A stretch of 64,000 bases of DNA from Rhynchopus sp. YZ270_cl-10 (lineage: Eukaryota): assembly GCA_964035575.1 (NCBI GenBank), contig OZ037837.1:1116001-1180000 (forward strand), in the 5' to 3' direction. Below are positions 58,348 through 64,000 of the stretch, in pieces. The notes under the pieces are model-generated. The model did not search any database and was not told where the DNA came from. It worked only from the letters and a program-made list of their open reading frames with translations. Position 1 is the first letter of the stretch; each line of letters begins with the position of its first letter. The translations under genes were made by a program, and so were the position numbers.

Positions 58348-60197
58348 ATGGAACTGACCATCAAGGACTGCTCCAACAACTTGTACGTGATCGAGGTGGG
58401 TGTGGATGACACAACGGAGACGATGCGGCAGAAGGTGGCGACTGCAGCAGGGTTGGCTGAGGACAGCTTCCACATGGGCTTCGGAGGGAAGCAGGAAGGA
58501 GAGGACATCACGCAGCTGAGTGCTGGAGACACAGTCGTGCTGACGAAGACGAAGAAGGTGTGGCGTACCGTCTGCAACGCAGCTCCGAAGGCATGTCTGA
58601 GGCGGAGCTCCGTGGTGGCGATAGAGCGAGAGGTACATGGATGGGGGAGTATTCTGCTGAGACGGCGTACCCCTCCACAGAAGTTAGGGGCAGGAGGGCA
58701 CTACCATTCATCCAGCGGGCTGAACAGGAGACATCTGCGCATGCTCGCTACCGGCACCATGAGCACGTGCGTCCAGGGGACGCACCCGTGAAGGCACCTG
58801 AAGGAGCGGTTCCGATCTTCCAGTTTGCGATATGTGTGCTGCACCGGAAGACGAAGTGTGATGCCTGCTCGAAGAACGCCCAGGCAGACCTGATGCATTG
58901 CTGCTTTGCGCACCACTCCAACGACGACGGGTTACCGATCCGACACGAAGCATGCACTAAGCATAGACTCTCGAGGTGCGGGAACTGTGTGCAAGAGAAG
59001 AGTACGCTGGATCACTGCTGCCGCCGCCACCACGACACCTCGAAGGGGCGACAGACGACGCTGGGAGGCTTCTTCAAGAAGAAGCAGACGAAGCAGAAGG
59101 ATGGGCACAGCAGGGGCGGTGATGGACTTATGTAACATCACCTCCACGATGTATTGTATCACCTATCTCGGATAGGGGTGCATGCATCGAAAACGGGCCC
59201 CCACCAGCTGACGAAGACGAAGAAGTACGAAGCCCTTGCAGAGCTTCATGCGTTGGGTGAGACCGATATCGCTGCAGAGAGGCTGGAGACTGTGGAGGAT
59301 CCTGTGGTGGCGTGTTTGCTTCTGCAGGCAGAGGTTGCGACTGTCATTCCGAATCGCTTCTTAGCAGACACATCGTTAACAACACTTGATCTCAGTGCTG
59401 TTTCGTGTGTGACGGAAATAGGTGACTATTTTCTTGGCGGGTGCACAACGTTGACAAGTATCAACCTCTCTGGGTTGTGCAATGTGACGCGGATTGGTGA
59501 CGACTTTCTTTTCTGCACAGGCCTCACAGCATTAGACTTGACACCACTCAGCAGGATTGCACACATAGGTGTTCGCTTTCTTGACGGCTGTGAGAGCCTC
59601 ACAGAACTAAAGTTGTCAGCACTCAGCAGGATTACGCAAATAGGCGAAAGGTTTCTTGAGGAGTGCAGCGGCCTCACAGAACTAGACTTGGCACCACTCA
59701 GCAATGTTACAGACGTAGGCGCATTCTTTCTGAACCACTGCAGCGGCCTCTCAGGGCTAGACTTGACATCACTCAGCAATGTTACAGACATTAATGGTTG
59801 GTTTCTCGACGGCTGCAGCAGCCTCACAGAGCTAGACTTGTCGCCACTCGAAACAGTTGCACACATAGGCGAATTCTTTCTTAACGACTGCAGCGGCCTC
59901 ACAGAACTAGACTTGTCGCCACTTTGTTATGTTTATCAAATTGATGCTTGCTTTCTTGCCAACTGCAGCGGCCTCACAGAACTAGACTTATCCCCACTCG
60001 GCGTAGTCATGCACATGGGTGTGCTACGTGCTGAGCAGTACACTTCGTTGAAGAGCATCCACCTCTCCGGCTGCAGCAGCGCTGTGTCGAGTCGAGTACA
60101 GGAAAGCAACCTGAAGGAGCTTGTTGATGCACGTCCGAAACGTAGCAGAGACGAATCTCCCGAGCAGTGCCGCAAGCGACGGAGAGGCTCAGAATGA
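58348..60197 (+). CDS. UBL-LRR-NLS protein copy G (9 LRR units), interrupted by the same 650-bp insertion or intron at 58558-59207
   Basis: Same structure as copy A; 393 aa if precisely spliced. Confidence 0.8.
58558..59207 (+). mobile_element. Second copy of the 650-bp GT...CAG insertion (internal ORF 58593-59135)
   Basis: Same TSD (58539-58557, 59207-59225); translations identical to the 19986 copy. Confidence 0.9.
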
Positions 60198-61485
60198 TAG
60201 AAGGCCGGTGCGTTTGCAACCGGCAAGAGCACAGTCAGCCGCATCTGCATCGATGCGTCAGAGGCAACCCGCAGTACCATGGTCCGAATCTTCTGTGAAC
60301 TGTTGTTACGTTTTTGCTCTCGTTTGTCGGTCTTGCCACGAGAAGGGGTAATAGGGGAATGGGGGAATAGGGTCGGGGTGGGTACGACATTGGGGGATTC
60401 ACGCATTTTTTGTTTCGATTTCATTTCCTGAAGAAGGGTTTTATTTGGGGAGGGGAGGTGGGGTGTTTGGGTAAGTACAGTGTGAAGAACAGCGAAGCCA
60501 AACAATTAACTGAAATATACAGAAAACAGCCCCTTTTAGACTACTCTGCCGTGGTGTCGGATGAGGGCACTATAGAGCCCCCCCCTATACCTACGGTGCA
60601 CGCGCACGGCCGTACGTCTGCGTCCGCCGCGCGGGCGCCGTGCGCACTTTCTGAGAATTCGCTGCGCGCGCGTGCGCACGGCAGTGCGCACGGCCCTTAT
60701 TCAACGTAGGAAGCCTGGCTCCTATACGTTGCTCTTTGTTGTACTGTACCAGCCCCTATGCGCAGGGGGGTTATCCCGGATTTCGGCGGACCTTGCGCAC
60801 TTCGAGAAAGGCGGAGAAACGCGTCTCACCCTCCTCTCACAAAACGGAACACACACAGTGGCTCGAGGAGTTGGGGAGCAGCACCGGAGCAGCAGCAGAA
60901 GACCTCCGCAAAGGGGGAAAGAGGTTGTCCCCGGATGTGGAGAACAATGACAACAAGCACTGCCGTACGTACTGCCGTGCACACGCCGTGCGCAGTGCGA
61001 AGTGCGCAAGGTACCCCAGACGCACTTTCTCAGAATTTTCTGCGCACGCGTGCGCGCGCAGCATAGCCCTAGGCATACCCCGAAAGCGAATACGTATTCG
61101 CCATATATTCGGATCCCAACCATGGGGTGCTTTCGTGCATTTGTCTGGCACCTCGGCTTGCCGTGGTTGCAGCACGAGAGCACCTTTGGCGTTCTTGCTG
61201 GGGTGGGTGGGGTGGGGTGCGCTGGTGTGGGGTGCCTATCTTGGGTGGTGTTTTTATTCAGTGTGTGGGTTCACTTTCGCGACATGGCACTGTGCCGTCT
61301 GTGCCCTCAGGCAGGTGGCAGCTGGTGGGTGTTCTTCTCCCAGGTCGTCTAAGCAGTCACCTACCATCGTGCGTCTTGCGGCTTCGTGCGGTGTCGTTGC
61401 ACGGCTCTGCCTGCCAAGGGGTTTCTACGTCGTTGCCCCAACCCCACAACCCCACCACACAACAGAGCAACACAAAAGAAGACAA

Positions 61486-62515
61486 ATGGAACTGACCATC
61501 AAGGACTGCTCCAACAACTTGTACGTGATCGAGGTGGGTGTGGATGACACAACGGAGACGATGCGGCAGAAGGTGGCGACTGCAGCAGGGTTGGCTGAGG
61601 ACAGCTTCCACATGGGCTTCGGAGGGAAGCAGGAAGGAGAGGACATCACGCAGCTGAGTGCTGGAGACACAGTAATGCTGACGAAGACGAAGAAGTACGA
61701 AGCCCTTGCAGAGCTTCATGCGTTGGGTGAGACCGATATCACTGCAGAGAGGCTGGAGACTGTGGAGGATCCTGTGGTGGCGTGTTTGCTTCTGCAGGCG
61801 GAGGTTGCGACTGTCATTCCGAATAGCTTCTTGGCACACACATCGTTAACAACACTTGATCTCAGTGCTGTTTCGTGTGTGACGGAAATAAGTTACTATT
61901 TTCTTGGCGGGTGTTCAACGTTGACAAGTGTCAACCTCTGGGTTGTGCAATGTGAAGCGGATTGGTGAAGGCTTTCTTTCCGGCACAGGCCTCACAGCAT
62001 TAGACTTGACACCACTCAGCAGTATTGCACACATAGGTGATTGGTTTCTCTCCGAATGCAAGAGCCTCATAGCACTAAACATGTCACCACTTCGCAATGT
62101 TACGATAGTTGGTGATTGGTTTCTCGGGGACTGCAGGAGCCTCACAGAGCTAGTCTTGACACCACTCAGCAATGTTACACAAATAGGCGAAAGCTTTCTT
62201 GCTAAATGCACAGGCCTCACAGAGCTAGACTTGACACCACTCAGCAATGTTACACAAATAGACGAAGGCTTTCTTGCCAACTGCACAGGACTCACAGTGC
62301 TTGACTTATCCCCACTCGGCGCAGTCATGCACATGGGTGTGCTACATGCTGACGAGTACACTTCGTTGAAGAGCATCCACCTCTCCGGCTGCAGCAGCGC
62401 TGTGTCGAGTCGAGTACAGGAAAGCAACCTGAAGGAGCTTGTTGATGCACGTCCGAAACGTAGCAGAGACGAATCTCCCGAGCAGTGCCGCAAGCGACGG
62501 AGAGGCTCAGAATGA
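61486..62515 (+). pseudogene. UBL-LRR-NLS copy H (7 LRR units) with a 2-bp frameshift
   Basis: AACCTCTGGG near 61933-61942 vs AACCTCTCTGGG in paralogs; both halves otherwise intact (real mutation or sequencing error). Confidence 0.8.
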
Positions 62516-63808
62516 TAGAAGGCCGGTGCGTTTGCAACCGGCAAGAGCACAGTCAGCCGCATCTGCATCGATGCGTCAGAGGCAACCCGCAGTACCATGG
62601 TCCGAAGCTTCTGTGAACTGTTGTTACGTTTTTGCTCTCGTTTGTCGGTCTTCCCACGAGAAGGGGTAATAGGGGAACAGGGGAATAGGGGAATAGGGTC
62701 GGGGTGGGTACGACATTGGGGGATTCACGCATACTTTGTTTCGATTTCTTTTCCTGAAGAAGGGTTTTATTTGGGGAGGGGAGGTGGGGTGTTTGGGTAA
62801 GTACAGTGTGAAGAACAGCGAAGACAGATTATTATCTAAAATAAGAAAACAGCCCCTTTTAGACTACTCTGCCGTGGTGTCGGATAAGGGGGGCTATAGA
62901 GCCCCCCTAGACACGGCGCGAACTTATCTGCCAATACGTTCGGTCATGTAGTTGATGAGGTGTCGGGTACGAGAGTCCTGACCAGGTACCGCGTCCCAGA
63001 CCCACGTTTCCTAAACAAGCACCACTGGCGTGAGATTCACTATGCGAGGTGAGGGCACCGATCAAAGGGGGCGGAACTCTTGCAAAAGAGAAGGGCGTCC
63101 TGGTGGGCTCGCCCCACGACGCACTAGTCATGGCCATACATGTGGTACCAGTCAATTGACAGGTGTTTTGCCGGTGGCTATTGCCTCCCAGGGAAAGGGA
63201 CTCTCGAAAATTTTTTTTGCCCCCCTTTTAGGGCTAGTTTCGACCATTTGAGGGAACACGCAGCAAAATTTGGCACTTTTTGAGCATCTGTGGGGGTCTA
63301 AAACGCGGTTTTGTACCCGATTTTTCGTGGGTTTTACCGAAGTCAATTTTTGACCCCCCCCGGGGCGCCTGCCACCCACCCGAGTCACGAAATGCGAATG
63401 GGGCAGGACCCAGAGTGTTAGTGGGGCACATCCCACGTGTTCAATCTTGCAGTCTGTCACTCTCACGATTACGGTATTTTCCTGGAGTCAGGCCAGCTTA
63501 TTGCACATGGGAGAGCTGCCACATCCAGGGTGAGATGTGCTGCCTGTTAATGACTTCTCGAGTCCGCATTGCACTTCGCGGTAGCCCCAAGGGAAGACAC
63601 CCTTCTTCAGAAGCCAGGTAGCGAATGCTGCCCCACCCACCCCCTCTACACTGTCCGCGTAGATCCCCCCACTACTAGGATCCTGTGAAGAAAAACCGTG
63701 GCTGCTATCTAGTGATAGTAGTCTATAACTAAACATTTTTTTTTGTTTTCGCCGTGCTTCACACTCTTGTTGACCCCTTCATCGAATCTCATCAGGAACT
63801 TCAAAATT

Positions 63809-64000
63809 ATGTCGAAGGAGCAACACGCAGACAGCACACTAAGCGAGAAGGCACCAACGAGAAGACAGCCTTCTGCAGACGACTGGACAGACCCTGCAGT
63901 GTGTCAGGTGCTCATTGATGCAGGGGCAGACATCGAGGCAAAGGACGACATGGGACGTACGCCTCTGCACCGCGCCTGCAAGAGTGGGGACCTTGCAGTT
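63809..64000 (+). CDS. Ankyrin-repeat protein, runs off the window
   Basis: Manual translation ...VCQVLIDAGADIEAKDDMGRTPLHRACKSGDLAV is a canonical ankyrin repeat. Confidence 0.85.
   Translation, partial: MSKEQHADSTLSEKAPTRRQPSADDWTDPAVCQVLIDAGADIEAKDDMGRTPLHRACKSGDLAV

Overview
Eukaryotic, repeat-rich genomic DNA. The co-oriented, mostly intronless genes with CA-rich leaders and the eukaryote-type tRNA-Sec suggest a euglenozoan protist such as a diplonemid; this is inference, not proof. The left part holds a minus-strand SAM methyltransferase, a ~5.7 kb 38-bp satellite running into a 200-N gap, a large gene with one probable intron and a possible degenerate ART-like domain, and a compound microsatellite block. 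From ~15 kb onward is a plus-strand cluster of two related LRR gene families. Family 1 has eight ubiquitin-like (UBL) + LRR genes; seven have near-invariant ends and 7-22 mosaic 25-aa repeats. Family 2 has three B-box/B-box/coiled-coil + (UBL or FG-like) + LRR genes. Two UBL-LRR paralogs carry the same 650-bp GT...AG insertion with an 18-19 bp target duplication, and the insertion encodes a Cys/His-repeat protein ending in a PIP-box motif. Also present: two tRNA-Sec copies, a 59-nt hairpin repeated about 11 times, MITEs with CACTA-, Harbinger- and Tc1/mariner-like ends, pogo and hAT transposase relics, a GT34-like glycosyltransferase and the start of an ankyrin-repeat gene. All alignments and counts were made by eye.
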